NCBI GenBank assembly: GCA_963783575.1
Contig: CAWAOD010000005.1
Span: forward strand, 384,001-448,000
From: an uncultured Spirochaetota bacterium
Lineage (GTDB): Bacteria > Spirochaetota > Brevinematia > Brevinematales > JAOACQ01
Length of the DNA stretch: 64,000 bases
Direction: 5' to 3'
The position numbers and the translations under genes are program-made. Of this stretch, positions 27,526-37,718 are shown in pieces; position 1 is the first letter of the stretch, and every line of letters starts with the position of its first letter. The notes beneath the pieces are model-generated. The model searched no databases and was not told where the DNA came from. It saw nothing but the letters and a program-made list of their open reading frames with translations.

Positions 27526-29859
27526 ATGGTAAAAAAAAGATTCACACTGGGATTTCAGATTAATGAGCTTGATTCAGGGTACACTTCAAAAATTCTGGAT
27601 GGTGTTAATAAATTTACCCAAAATAATGACTGCAATCTGTTAGTCTTTCCCGGAAGATCCCTTGATATTCCATATGATTCTGATTATCAAAATAATGTAA
27701 TTTATGAATATATTTCTCAAAACAATGTAGATGCATTAATAATGTTATCAAGCATTCTCTGCAATTTTGTATCAATGGATGAATTGCCAAAATTCCATAA
27801 AAGAATTAAAGGAATCCCTATTATAAGTATCGGTATTGAACTGGAAGGAATACCAAGCATCGTTATTGACAACAGAAAAGGATTATATGATGAAATATCT
27901 CATTTAATAGAAGATCATGGCCGCAGGCGGATCGCATTTATTACTGGTCCGGATAACAATCCCGAAGCACAATTAAGACTGGATACATATAAGAAAGCGC
28001 TTACCGATCATGATCTTCCGGTCGACCAGTCAATAATATTTCCCGGTGATTTTACTCCCGGGGGAGCAGAGATTATTGTTAATAATCTGATAAGGTCAAA
28101 CAAAATTAAATTCGATGCATTAGTTGGGGCGAACGACGATTCCGGAATAAAAGCGGCTGAAATTCTTATGGATCATGGGTTCCATATTCCTTCTGACATA
28201 GCCGTTGCCGGTTTTGACAATATTGAGAAAGCCCAATTTATGATTCCAACATTCACAACAGTTGAACAGCCATTGATGGAAGAGGGAATGAAAGCGGCTG
28301 AAATAGCCCTGGCCATGCTTAATAACGGAAAAGTTCCATTAATAACAACGCTGCCTACAAAAATGATAAAAAGGTCTTCATGCGGATGTTTACCTTCTTC
28401 ATTATCATATAGTGATGATGATTTTATTTACCAAAAAGAAAATACTTCAGCCAATTTATCATCAAAAGTATTTTCTTCATCGGCCTTGGTAATTCAGAGA
28501 GCGGTTGAATCACTGAAGATCCCTGATTTTGAGAAGAAAAACCATATTAAAAGACTGACGCCTCTCCTGGAAGATCTGGTAAAAATTTTAATAAAAGATC
28601 ATTTTACTGAAATCGCAGCCAATCGTTTTGTAATTAAATTCAATCAAATTCTGGAAAATGAAGTGAAATCCGGGAACACGGTTCTGATCTGGCAGGAAAT
28701 AATCAAGATATTCCATAATGAATTGCTGAGTCTCAACCCGGACAGGCAGGAGACAGATTTTATAGAGAAACTTTTGCTGAAGTCCCGGGTTATTTTAAAT
28801 GAAATATTTGTTTTACAGGAAACTTCCATCCGCTATGAATTTAAAGAAAAATTATATACCATCAGGGATATATCAAAGAGATTGATTAATATTCTTGATG
28901 AGGATGAGCTTATTGAAAAGCTTTATAGAATCTTTCCTGAGCTGTCTATACACTGCTGTTATATTTCAAAATATAATAAAGTTATAGTTCATAAGCGCTA
29001 TGATTCCTGGAAAATGCCTAATAAAGCAAGTTTGATCCTGGCTTATAAAGATGCTAAACAATTGGAAATTTCCCCAAAAAATCGGTATTTTTCCCCAAAA
29101 ATCAGTTTGATACCGCGCACATTCTTTCCTCATGATAGAAGCTATACATTCAACGTTGTTCCTTTGTTTCATAACGATGATCATTTTGGAATTATAATTT
29201 TTGAGATCGGTAATGCGGTTGGGGTTATTTATGAAACATTCACACTTCAAATAAGCAGTGTTTTTAAAAGCATCCATCTCTTTAATGAAAGGAAAAAAAC
29301 GGAAGAGAAATTAAAAAAGGTATTTATGGAACTGGAAGAATATAACCGGAGACTTAACAACCTTTCCCAAACAGATGAATTAACCGGGCTTTATAACCGC
29401 CGGGGTTTCATATCAATGGCTCAGCAGAACCTGGATCTGGCTCTTCGGATGGGTAAATCAGGATTGATTTATTTCGCAGATCTTGATGGTTTAAAAAAAA
29501 TTAATGACACATACGGCCATATAGAAGGAGATTTTGCAATTATCAAGGCATCTGAAGTTCTCAAAGCGACATTCCGGCATGTAGATATTATAGCGCGTTT
29601 AGGCGGCGATGAATTCACTGTTTTTACCATGGATTTAAATCTTGATTTTATGGGAGTCATTAAAAAAAGGCTGGAAAAAAATATTATTGAATGCAACCGG
29701 AATATTAATAAACCCTATAAAATATCTATTAGTATCGGCGCTGTTAAGTATTCGGATAAAGAGAACAATTCCCTTGAAATCCTTTTGGATAAAGCCGATC
29801 AAATACTCTATGAAGAGAAAAAGAAAAAGAAAAAACCCCAAGAAAAAAATGAAGTTTGA
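27526..29859 (+). CDS. Diguanylate cyclase with LacI-type sugar-binding sensor domain
   Basis: LacI/PBP-like N-terminus (RIAFITG, IAVAGFD, TTVEQP); DELTGLYNRR; RxxD I-site (RHVD); intact GGDEF. Confidence 0.92.
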   Translation: MVKKRFTLGFQINELDSGYTSKILDGVNKFTQNNDCNLLVFPGRSLDIPYDSDYQNNVIYEYISQNNVDALIMLSSILCNFVSMDELPKFHKRIKGIPIISIGIELEGIPSIVIDNRKGLYDEISHLIEDHGRRRIAFITGPDNNPEAQLRLDTYKKALTDHDLPVDQSIIFPGDFTPGGAEIIVNNLIRSNKIKFDALVGANDDSGIKAAEILMDHGFHIPSDIAVAGFDNIEKAQFMIPTFTTVEQPLMEEGMKAAEIALAMLNNGKVPLITTLPTKMIKRSSCGCLPSSLSYSDDDFIYQKENTSANLSSKVFSSSALVIQRAVESLKIPDFEKKNHIKRLTPLLEDLVKILIKDHFTEIAANRFVIKFNQILENEVKSGNTVLIWQEIIKIFHNELLSLNPDRQETDFIEKLLLKSRVILNEIFVLQETSIRYEFKEKLYTIRDISKRLINILDEDELIEKLYRIFPELSIHCCYISKYNKVIVHKRYDSWKMPNKASLILAYKDAKQLEISPKNRYFSPKISLIPRTFFPHDRSYTFNVVPLFHNDDHFGIIIFEIGNAVGVIYETFTLQISSVFKSIHLFNERKKTEEKLKKVFMELEEYNRRLNNLSQTDELTGLYNRRGFISMAQQNLDLALRMGKSGLIYFADLDGLKKINDTYGHIEGDFAIIKASEVLKATFRHVDIIARLGGDEFTVFTMDLNLDFMGVIKKRLEKNIIECNRNINKPYKISISIGAVKYSDKENNSLEILLDKADQILYEEKKKKKKPQEKNEV

Positions 29860-29879
29860 ATATCAAGTTGAAATCGATC

Positions 29880-30689
29880 CTATTTTCCTTTTTCCTTAAT
29901 CTTTTCTATTAATTTACCGGTATCGTCTTCACTCTGATCATTTGTTTCATTATTTGTTAACTCTTCATATTTATTTAATTCTTCAATTACCCTGTTCGCA
30001 TTTTTAATCAGTTTGATTTTTTTCTGATCATCCTTCTTCGCACCCGCCAGGATGCTCTTTAATTCAGCCATATCATTTTTTGCCCTTTCCAGGGTGGCTT
30101 CCAGTGCTTTATTTTCATCCATTGTCAATTCGATTTCCTGGTTATCGGAAGCCTCAACTTCCAACGACTTCGCAAGCTCGGAATCTCTGTCCTCAACCGG
30201 GATATTTACATTTCTGCGGATCGCTACGCGTCCTTTTATTACCGAATATTTTAATTTATTACCATCAGTCTCTACCACGAACTCAGTACCTCTAACTGCG
30301 GCGACAGCAACATCCGATTCAACTTTAAACGATTCGTCTCCTTTCAGTTTTGTACTTATGGTAAAAAGGACTTTCCCCTTTTTAACCTTTATTTCTTCAA
30401 CCTGTTTTTTTAATTTATTTATAGAAACTATTGTATTATCAACAATCCTGAAATTTCCTCTTCCTGGCATAAGAATATCGCAAAATGAATCGGCCCCGGT
30501 TTTAATTGTATCGGCCTCTTTCAATTCCATATCGGGTAACACGGTGGCCCAATTTTGCCCGCTGTTGTGTGAAACGTGAACATCTCCGACAAACAGGCTT
30601 ATGGTATATGTCAGGATTTTATCGGTAAACGCCATGTTGATAATAATAAAACTCATAATTAGTATAATAAGTATTACAAATCTCTTCAT
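29880..30689 (-). CDS. FecR-domain exported protein (LipL45-like architecture)
   Basis: Signal/TM segment; IKTGADS, VAAVRGTEF, VIKGRV; coiled-coil tail. Confidence 0.75.
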   Translation of the reverse strand: MKRFVILIILIMSFIIINMAFTDKILTYTISLFVGDVHVSHNSGQNWATVLPDMELKEADTIKTGADSFCDILMPGRGNFRIVDNTIVSINKLKKQVEEIKVKKGKVLFTISTKLKGDESFKVESDVAVAAVRGTEFVVETDGNKLKYSVIKGRVAIRRNVNIPVEDRDSELAKSLEVEASDNQEIELTMDENKALEATLERAKNDMAELKSILAGAKKDDQKKIKLIKNANRVIEELNKYEELTNNETNDQSEDDTGKLIEKIKEKGK

Positions 30690-30937
30690 AAAAAAACTCC
30701 TGCAAGTAATTTTCGATTTTTCGAACTGCTCATATATAATACACCTATTATTGCAATAATTAAAGAAATTAATTAATATTTTTGTAGGATGTAGTTTTTG
30801 GCTGTGTAATTATTAAATGAACTTTATTCAACAAGCGTGCCCCTTTGGTTCGGCAGGCTAGGCTAAGGGCCATAAGCGCTAACTTGATTCTTGATATTTT
30901 TACAAATCATAGCTATAATATTTATATGGAGGTGGCT

Positions 30938-32056
30938 ATGATTAATGAAGATTGGAATATTTTAGTTTCAATGTTTCCAATAGGTTGGCGTGAAAAGGCA
31001 AAGGAAACGGGTGCATTAAGGGGATTGCGTAAGTGCAAATCTGAGGAGGACTTGCTCAGAACCCTTTTGATTCATCTGGCTGGCGGGTTTTCTCTAAGAG
31101 AAACAGTAGTAAGGGCTCGTGAAGCCAATTTAGCAGATTTATCTGATGTTGCCTTGCTGAAGCGATTAAGAAAGAGTTCGGATTGGTTGGCGTCATTATG
31201 TGAAGGTTTATTTGAGGAGCGAGGTGTGAAACTGGAAAATAAAGATGGATTTGAAGTTCGCCTTCTTGATGCTACTGTAGTTAAAGAACCTGGAAGGACG
31301 GGAAGTTTATGGAAGGTTCATTACAGTCTTAGACTACCTACATTCAAGTGTGACTACTTTCGCGTAACTCAAATGAACGGTATAGGGACGGGTGAGTCGT
31401 TTAAACAATTTGATTTGAAACCGGGTGATTATATTATAGGTGATCGAGGTTATGGTCAGGCTCCGGGAATAAAGTTTGCCGTTGAGCAGAAAGCTTCTCT
31501 ATTGGTCCGCATCAGCCCTCATCATGTTGTAGTTAGCGATTCATCCGGTAAGCCATTTAATTGGCTGGATAGATTATCAGAAGTTTCGAAATCGGGACAA
31601 GCATGTTCATGGAATGTTCATTTACAATGCCCTGATAAAACCACTGTTTCCGGTAGAGTTTGTGTTATAAGAAAATCTGAACAAGCTATTCTTAAGGCTC
31701 ACAAACGTATTAAAAAGCATGCTATAAAAAAGAGTCAGAAGTTAAAACCGGAGACACTAATATATGCGGAGTTTGTGATTGTATTCACAACTTTTGAAGA
31801 GTCAAGTTTTCCGCCGGCAGAAATACTGCGATGGTATAGATTACGATGGCAGGTTGAATTAGTATTTAAACGTTTTAAGCAACTTGCGGAACTTGGGCAT
31901 TTGCCTAAATATACAGATGAAAGTTCCAAGGCTTGGCTGTATGGCAAATTGTTTGTGGCCCTGTTAAACGAAAAACTTATCTGGCAAGCCCAGACTTTTT
32001 CCCCCTGGGGTTATGATATTATTAATCAGGGCAGGGATAGTAAGCCGTTGGCGTGA
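30938..32056 (+). CDS. IS4-family DDE transposase
   Basis: LLDATV, GDRGY, YRLRWQVELVFK (Y-2-R-3-E); GGAGGT RBS before ATG 30938. Confidence 0.93.
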   Translation: MINEDWNILVSMFPIGWREKAKETGALRGLRKCKSEEDLLRTLLIHLAGGFSLRETVVRAREANLADLSDVALLKRLRKSSDWLASLCEGLFEERGVKLENKDGFEVRLLDATVVKEPGRTGSLWKVHYSLRLPTFKCDYFRVTQMNGIGTGESFKQFDLKPGDYIIGDRGYGQAPGIKFAVEQKASLLVRISPHHVVVSDSSGKPFNWLDRLSEVSKSGQACSWNVHLQCPDKTTVSGRVCVIRKSEQAILKAHKRIKKHAIKKSQKLKPETLIYAEFVIVFTTFEESSFPPAEILRWYRLRWQVELVFKRFKQLAELGHLPKYTDESSKAWLYGKLFVALLNEKLIWQAQTFSPWGYDIINQGRDSKPLA

Positions 32057-32213
32057 ATTTGCATTTATGCTTCATGAAATGCAGAGAGTAATTATTCCAT
32101 GCCTTTCGCTTACCGGTATTTTTATAAATTGGATAAGAATTTCCAGAGGACTTATTAATAAAAAGAGAAGAAGAAAAATGCAAATTGTGGAATATTTTTC
32201 CTTAACAAGTTAG
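32013..32213 (+). CDS. Overlapping +1-frame ORF, probable transposase C-terminal segment
   Basis: Frame is open through the T5C5 run at 31996-32005; basic C-terminus; stop codon lies inside the right TIR. Confidence 0.55.
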   Translation: MILLIRAGIVSRWREFAFMLHEMQRVIIPCLSLTGIFINWIRISRGLINKKRRRKMQIVEYFSLTS

Positions 32214-32303
32214 CGCTTATGAGGCTAAGGGCAGGCTCCTTGACCCGGTTAATTCCTCACAGCTATGTGGAGTTTATCCCGAGCAGAGCCTGCCCTGAGT
32301 ATA

Positions 32304-33994
32304 CAGACTGTGTGAAAACACAGTAAATATGCTATAATTATTAGAACAAAAATAATCGGAGTAAAAGATGAAGCATATTGAGGGAGAATCAAGGGATCAG
32401 ATAGTTCTGTTCAATGAAACACTGGAAGATCTGTTAGGAGAAGAAGATCCGGTAAGGTTTATAGATATTTTTGTTGATAAGCTAAATATGAAAGGAGTTG
32501 GTTTTAAAGTAAAAGAAGCATCAACCGGCAGAAGTTCATATAAATCCGAAATACTTTTAAAAATCTATATTTACGGATATTTGAATAAAATCAGGACAAG
32601 CAGGAAATTAGAGAGAGAGTGCCGAAGAAACACAGAGTTGATGTGGCTGACTGGACGACTAGCGCCGGATTTCAAGACGATTGCCGACTTCAGGAAAGAT
32701 AATAAGAAGGGAATACAGTCGATATTCAGAGAATTTTTGAAGATATGTCATAAAGCCGGGCTTTTATCATTTGACGTGGTTGGAATAGATGGAACCAAGA
32801 TCAGTGCGCAAAACCACAATAACAATGTTTATCATAGGAAAAACATAGAAGAAATCATACATAGAATAGATCAAAAGATCGAAGAATATTTGAATGAGAT
32901 GGATAAGAACGATAAGGAAGAAAAGAATGAATTTGAATTTCTTTCCGGAAAGATAGCGGAACGTTTAAAGAAAATGAAAACAAAAAAGGATAAAGTTGAG
33001 GCTATTAAAAAGATTTTTGAGGGAAATCCTGAAATGGAGAAATATTATTCAAATGACCCGGAAAGCCGGTTTATGAATGATAAAGGGAAATCCGACATTG
33101 CATATAATCTGCAGATGGCAGTAGATGATGCGAATAAACTGATTGTGGTGATTGATGTGACGAATGAAAACAATGATATCAAACAGATGGCAGGAATGTG
33201 TGACCGAGTAGAAGAAATAAAGGACGAGCTTAAGGTAGAGACTGAAACGGTCAAAGTATCGGATGCCGGTTATTACAGCGAACCGCAGATACTGGAATGT
33301 ATAGATAAGGGACATAACGTATATATGCCGAATCCGGATGACGGACATAAGGCAAGGATTCGAGGCAAAGAAGATAATAAAGGAGTACCTGCTGAAGAAT
33401 ACCAGGTTGATAAATTCAAATATGATCCGGGACAAAATGTTTATTATTGTCCGGAGGGAAACCCATTAGTGAGAAATGGGAAAAAAGTAGAGAAGGTCAA
33501 TGGAGGAAAAGAGATAGTCAGGTACAAGTGCGGCTTATGCAGCCAATGTGAAGTAAGAAATAAGTGTACTGAAAGCGTGGAAGGACGAAGTATCAAAGTA
33601 CCAGTTAGAAAAGAAGAAATTGAGAACTTCAAGAGGAAAATTCGTTCTGAAGCCGGGAAAAAGATCATAGAGAAAAGGAAAGAGATATGTGAACATCCAT
33701 TTGGATCGATAAAAAGGAATATGGGTTACAGTTATTTTTTAATGAAGGGAAAGGATGGCGTTCTGACGGAATCCAGTTTGGCAGGATTCATTCATAATTT
33801 AATAAAAGTATTGAATATATTGGGAATAAAGAGACTTATGACTCTGGTTTGATGCTAATAAACCATCGTTTATCGTATTCGGATAGATTTTTTAAACTAA
33901 GATTTTTTTAGCTTGAAAAATATATCAAAAAATGGAGTCTTTGTATAATTAATCGATTTTACTATAAAATTTTACTGAGTTTTCACACAGTCTG
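32304..33994 (+). mobile_element. IS1182-family insertion sequence, 1691 bp
   Basis: 24-bp TIRs CAGACTGTGTGAAAAC(A/T)CAGTAAA with one mismatch; ATA repeated on both flanks. Confidence 0.93.
32368..33852 (+). CDS. IS1182-family transposase
   Basis: GRSSY...LLKIYIYGY, PDFKTIADFRK, IDGTKI, DAGYYS, Cys cluster, EHPFGSIK. Confidence 0.95.
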   Translation: MKHIEGESRDQIVLFNETLEDLLGEEDPVRFIDIFVDKLNMKGVGFKVKEASTGRSSYKSEILLKIYIYGYLNKIRTSRKLERECRRNTELMWLTGRLAPDFKTIADFRKDNKKGIQSIFREFLKICHKAGLLSFDVVGIDGTKISAQNHNNNVYHRKNIEEIIHRIDQKIEEYLNEMDKNDKEEKNEFEFLSGKIAERLKKMKTKKDKVEAIKKIFEGNPEMEKYYSNDPESRFMNDKGKSDIAYNLQMAVDDANKLIVVIDVTNENNDIKQMAGMCDRVEEIKDELKVETETVKVSDAGYYSEPQILECIDKGHNVYMPNPDDGHKARIRGKEDNKGVPAEEYQVDKFKYDPGQNVYYCPEGNPLVRNGKKVEKVNGGKEIVRYKCGLCSQCEVRNKCTESVEGRSIKVPVRKEEIENFKRKIRSEAGKKIIEKRKEICEHPFGSIKRNMGYSYFLMKGKDGVLTESSLAGFIHNLIKVLNILGIKRLMTLV

Positions 33995-34108
33995 ATATCG
34001 AAGGGCCGAGGGAATTCCAATAGAGATGCTTTCAGTTTTTCTGATTTTAATACCTCGAGACTTTGCCTTGAAGATCAATAGGAATATATTAAAATCCTGA
34101 GGCCAATT

Positions 34109-34744
34109 ATGAAGAATAGTTATCAAAAATTACGTGATCGTATGGTCAAAGAACAGGTTGCATCACGAGGAATTGAGGATAAAAACGTCCTTAGCTGTAT
34201 GAGAAATATACCAAGGCATTATTTTGTGCCCCTGTCTCATCAAAAAGAATCATATAATGACTATCCTATTTCCATAGGCTTCGGACAGACCATCTCACAG
34301 CCTTATATGGTTGCATTAATGACGGATTTGCTCAAAATCAGAAAGAATCATAAGATTCTTGAGATTGGTACAGGTTCAGGCTATCAAACTGCAATACTGG
34401 CATCTTTAGCAAATGCTGTTTTTACTGTTGAAAGAATTGAAGAACTTCTGTTTAAAAGTAAAACTGTACTGAATAGATTGGGTTTCAGAAATATTTTTTA
34501 TATGCTGGGAAATGGCTATTTCGGCTGGGAGGAACATGCTCCCTTTGATGGGATTGTTGTAACTGCTGCTCCTGAGAAAGTTCCCGAACCGTTGATAAAG
34601 CAGTTAAAAGCCGGCGGACATCTTGTGATTCCAGTAGGTGGGTCTTTCGAACAGGTTTTAAAAATTATAGTTAGAAAACCGGATGAAGGATATGATGAGG
34701 AAATAATTACAGGGGTCCGTTTTGTAAAGCTGGTCAATGAATAG
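34109..34744 (+). CDS. pcm: Protein-L-isoaspartate O-methyltransferase
   Basis: GQTISQPYMVA, LEIGTGSGYQ, APFDGIVVTAA. Confidence 0.96.
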   Translation: MKNSYQKLRDRMVKEQVASRGIEDKNVLSCMRNIPRHYFVPLSHQKESYNDYPISIGFGQTISQPYMVALMTDLLKIRKNHKILEIGTGSGYQTAILASLANAVFTVERIEELLFKSKTVLNRLGFRNIFYMLGNGYFGWEEHAPFDGIVVTAAPEKVPEPLIKQLKAGGHLVIPVGGSFEQVLKIIVRKPDEGYDEEIITGVRFVKLVNE

Positions 34745-34791
34745 ATATCAAACTGAGTAAGCAATTGAGAAAAGATCAAGCGGTACGCTTG

Positions 34792-36348
34792 TTAATCTAT
34801 CCTGTAATGAGCGCCTATACTTTCCCTGTTTGCAAGCGCGTCTTTTGCTACAATCAGTCCTGTCTGTACTGCATTTCTCAATTCTATAATGGTCTGGTTA
34901 ATCTTTGCATCACGGTAAAAATTCTCAATATCTTCTTTTAAATTGTTCAGATCAATGATGGCTCTTCTAAGACGCTTAGTGTTTCTAACGGCTCCTACAT
35001 AATTCCACATAATGTTTTTAAGTAAATTCCAGTCCTGGTTTATTAAGGCCGGATCAATTGTATCTATAATTCCAGTGTCTATCCAGTCATAAATTTCCGG
35101 AAACTCAATATTCAGATACCCGGATTTATTTTCTTCGATGAATTTTGCAATACGTCTTCCGAAGACAACACCCTCAAGCAGCGATGTACTTGCCAGGCGG
35201 TTTGCACCGTGGAGTCCAGTACAGGCGACCTCGCCGACAGCAAATAAGCGGTCTATATTCGTTCTACCAGTCATATCTGTTAATATACCGCCGCATGAAA
35301 AATGAAAAGCCGGAACAATCGGTATAATTTCATTAAGAATGTCAAATCCGAATTCCTGGCATTTATTATAGATATTGGGGAATCTGCTTTTAATCTTTTG
35401 TTTTCCGATTCTGGAAAGGTCAAGATAAACAAATTTTTCTCCGGTTTCAAGCATTTCGTTCAAAATTGCCCTTGTTACAATATCTCTAGGAGCCAGGTCT
35501 TTACCTGGATGATACTTTTCCATGAATTCCTTTCCATATTTATCCACAATAACTGCGCCTTCACCTCTGACGGATTCGGAAATCAAAAAATTATCGGCTT
35601 TCGGGTGATATAAAGTAGTTGGATGGAATTGTGTATATTCCATATTCTCAAGTCTTGCACCGGCCCTTGCCGCCATTGCATAACCATCCCCTGTAGCAAG
35701 CTTAGGATTTGTTGTATGCAGGTAAATCTGGCCCATTCCACCGGTTGCAAGAATTACAATTTTTGCGAGAATTTTTTCAACTTTTTTATTTTTATTATCA
35801 AGGGCATAAACTCCGACAGAGGTAATCGGTTTATACATCCTGAACTTATCTTTTGAATGATGATCAAGTGTAATTATATCTATGACTGTAAAATCAGGCA
35901 TAAAAGTAATATTATTTATTTTCCTCAGGGCCCTCAACGCCCCTTCGCCTATACTTTTTCCTGTTGTATCCTCGGAATGAAGAATTCGACGGGTTGAATG
36001 AGCCGCTTCTTCAGTCAGATCAAGATTACCGCTGCCATCTTCGGAAAATAATATTCCGAAATCACGGATTAATATCTCTTCAACGGCTTTGCTGCCTTCA
36101 TTAACAATTACATTTATTGCTTCAGGGTTGGATATACCGCACCCCGCGTTCATAATATCATCATAAATCAATTCCGGTGAATCATCTATACCTTTATAGA
36201 CAATACCGCCCTGAGCGTAGAATGTATTACTATCCTCAAACCTTCCGCACTTATTCATAAAACCGACAGAAAAACCGCTTTTTGCCAGATAATACGCTGT
36301 AACACAGCCGGCAACACCGCTTCCGACGACAATTGCATCGAATTTCAT
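34792..36348 (-). CDS. nadB: L-aspartate oxidase
   Basis: GSGVAG, AQGGI, EAAHS.RRILH, QFHPT, SESVRGEG, GLHGANRLASTSLLE. Confidence 0.95.
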   Translation of the reverse strand: MKFDAIVVGSGVAGCVTAYYLAKSGFSVGFMNKCGRFEDSNTFYAQGGIVYKGIDDSPELIYDDIMNAGCGISNPEAINVIVNEGSKAVEEILIRDFGILFSEDGSGNLDLTEEAAHSTRRILHSEDTTGKSIGEGALRALRKINNITFMPDFTVIDIITLDHHSKDKFRMYKPITSVGVYALDNKNKKVEKILAKIVILATGGMGQIYLHTTNPKLATGDGYAMAARAGARLENMEYTQFHPTTLYHPKADNFLISESVRGEGAVIVDKYGKEFMEKYHPGKDLAPRDIVTRAILNEMLETGEKFVYLDLSRIGKQKIKSRFPNIYNKCQEFGFDILNEIIPIVPAFHFSCGGILTDMTGRTNIDRLFAVGEVACTGLHGANRLASTSLLEGVVFGRRIAKFIEENKSGYLNIEFPEIYDWIDTGIIDTIDPALINQDWNLLKNIMWNYVGAVRNTKRLRRAIIDLNNLKEDIENFYRDAKINQTIIELRNAVQTGLIVAKDALANRESIGAHYRID

Positions 36349-36364
36349 TATTAAATCTCCGTTT

Positions 36365-37132
36365 TTATATAATTGAAAGGATTTGCGGTTCTTCTTCCGT
36401 AATCGCTATGGAATGCTCCCAGTGCGAAGCAGGTTTTCCGTCCAGAGTTACAACGGTCCAGCCGTCGCTGAGTGTCTTTACATGATATGTTCCCAGTGTT
36501 ATCATGGGTTCGATTGCAATAACCATTCCTTTTTTTAATCTGGGGCCTTTTTTCTTCGGATCATAATAGTTTACTATAGGTGGATCTTCATGAATTGCTT
36601 TTCCTACTCCATGACCGCAGTAATCCCTTATAATTCCATATCCTTTGGGGCTTAAAAAAAATGATATGGCCTTACCAATCTCATTAAGGTAATTCCCCTC
36701 TCTTGCAGCATCTATTCCTATCATTAAAGCCGATTTTGTGTCTTCTACAAGTTTTTTTACGGAAGGCTCAACATTTCCAATCAAATAATTATAAGTGGCA
36801 TCGCCATAATATCCGGAAAGATTGGTCCCGACATCAATACTTACAATGTCCCCGTCTTTTAGGATATTGTTACCTGGGATACCATGAATTACCTGTTCAT
36901 TAACGGATATGCAGGTTGCTGCTGGATATCTGGGGAACTTCGGTGAAGGAGAATATCCCTTCCAAGCTGGAATTGCACCTTTTGATAAGATAAAATCTTC
37001 GGAAATTAAATCCAGTTCTTTGGTTGTAACACCGGGTTTTACGAATGGTTTTAAATACTCAAAAAGCTCAGCAATTATGCGGTTGCTTTTTCGGATATAT
37101 TCAATCTCTGTTCTATTTTTAATATTTATCAT
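36365..37132 (-). CDS. map: Methionine aminopeptidase type I
   Basis: SVNEQVIHGIP, GDIVSIDVG, GHGVG..IHEDP, IEPM, HWEHS. Confidence 0.97.
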   Translation of the reverse strand: MINIKNRTEIEYIRKSNRIIAELFEYLKPFVKPGVTTKELDLISEDFILSKGAIPAWKGYSPSPKFPRYPAATCISVNEQVIHGIPGNNILKDGDIVSIDVGTNLSGYYGDATYNYLIGNVEPSVKKLVEDTKSALMIGIDAAREGNYLNEIGKAISFFLSPKGYGIIRDYCGHGVGKAIHEDPPIVNYYDPKKKGPRLKKGMVIAIEPMITLGTYHVKTLSDGWTVVTLDGKPASHWEHSIAITEEEPQILSII

Positions 37133-37135
37133 TTA

Positions 37136-37606
37136 TTATCGGGTTGGAATTATTTCTTTTTTTAATTCGGCTACTTTTTTCTTTTCCTCTTCGAACATAG
37201 AGTCGAAATTGATTGTTGGGCCAGCGCTGTAAGCATCCTCAATCAATTTATCAACATCCTTTTTCTGACCGGCTGTAATATTAATATTGCCTTTGACTAC
37301 AACACCCGGTTCCATTGTAAGCTGAGGCGTCGAGACGTTGCCGAGTATTCTTCCCGTGGTTAGCAATTTTACTTCTTCAATGGCTTCTATATCACCCAGA
37401 ACAACTCCTGCTACGGTAACTTTTTTTGCTCTTATCACCTCGGTTTTTACCTTTCCTGTTTCACCTACATAGAGGTGTTCTTCAGTTCTAATTTCCCCCT
37501 CAAACTTACCGTCCACCTGAAATGATCCATGAACAAAAAATTTACCCTGAAATACAGAACCTTCTCCTATCATCGAATTAATTGATCCTTCAACTTTCGG
37601 CGGCAT
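37136..37606 (-). CDS. Bactofilin (polymer-forming cytoskeletal protein)
   Basis: SMIGEGSVFQG...VDGKFEG...VAGVVLGDI beta-helix repeats. Confidence 0.9.
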   Translation of the reverse strand: MPPKVEGSINSMIGEGSVFQGKFFVHGSFQVDGKFEGEIRTEEHLYVGETGKVKTEVIRAKKVTVAGVVLGDIEAIEEVKLLTTGRILGNVSTPQLTMEPGVVVKGNINITAGQKKDVDKLIEDAYSAGPTINFDSMFEEEKKKVAELKKEIIPTR

Positions 37607-37718
37607 AAATTCCTCCTAAAAACATTTAGCGTATTTTTCTGTACTATTATAACATATCTTGTTATTCCGTGACAATTTTATTTTAATAATGTAGAAATTG
37701 TTTTTGATCAAACTACCA

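Larger units (their letters stand above)
30871..32221 (+). mobile_element. IS4-family insertion sequence, 1351 bp
   Basis: 16-bp TIRs CATAAGCGCTAACTTG / CAAGTTAGCGCTTATG; 11-bp direct repeat AGGCTAAGGGC at 30860-30870 and 32222-32232. Confidence 0.95.

Noticed and set aside
30845..30937. N-terminal extension of the IS4 transposase in the ORF track
   Set aside because: It begins outside the left TIR; the RBS-supported start is 30938.
30871..33994. Composite transposon formed by the two ISs
   Set aside because: Different families, each with its own TIRs and flanking duplication, and no cargo between them.
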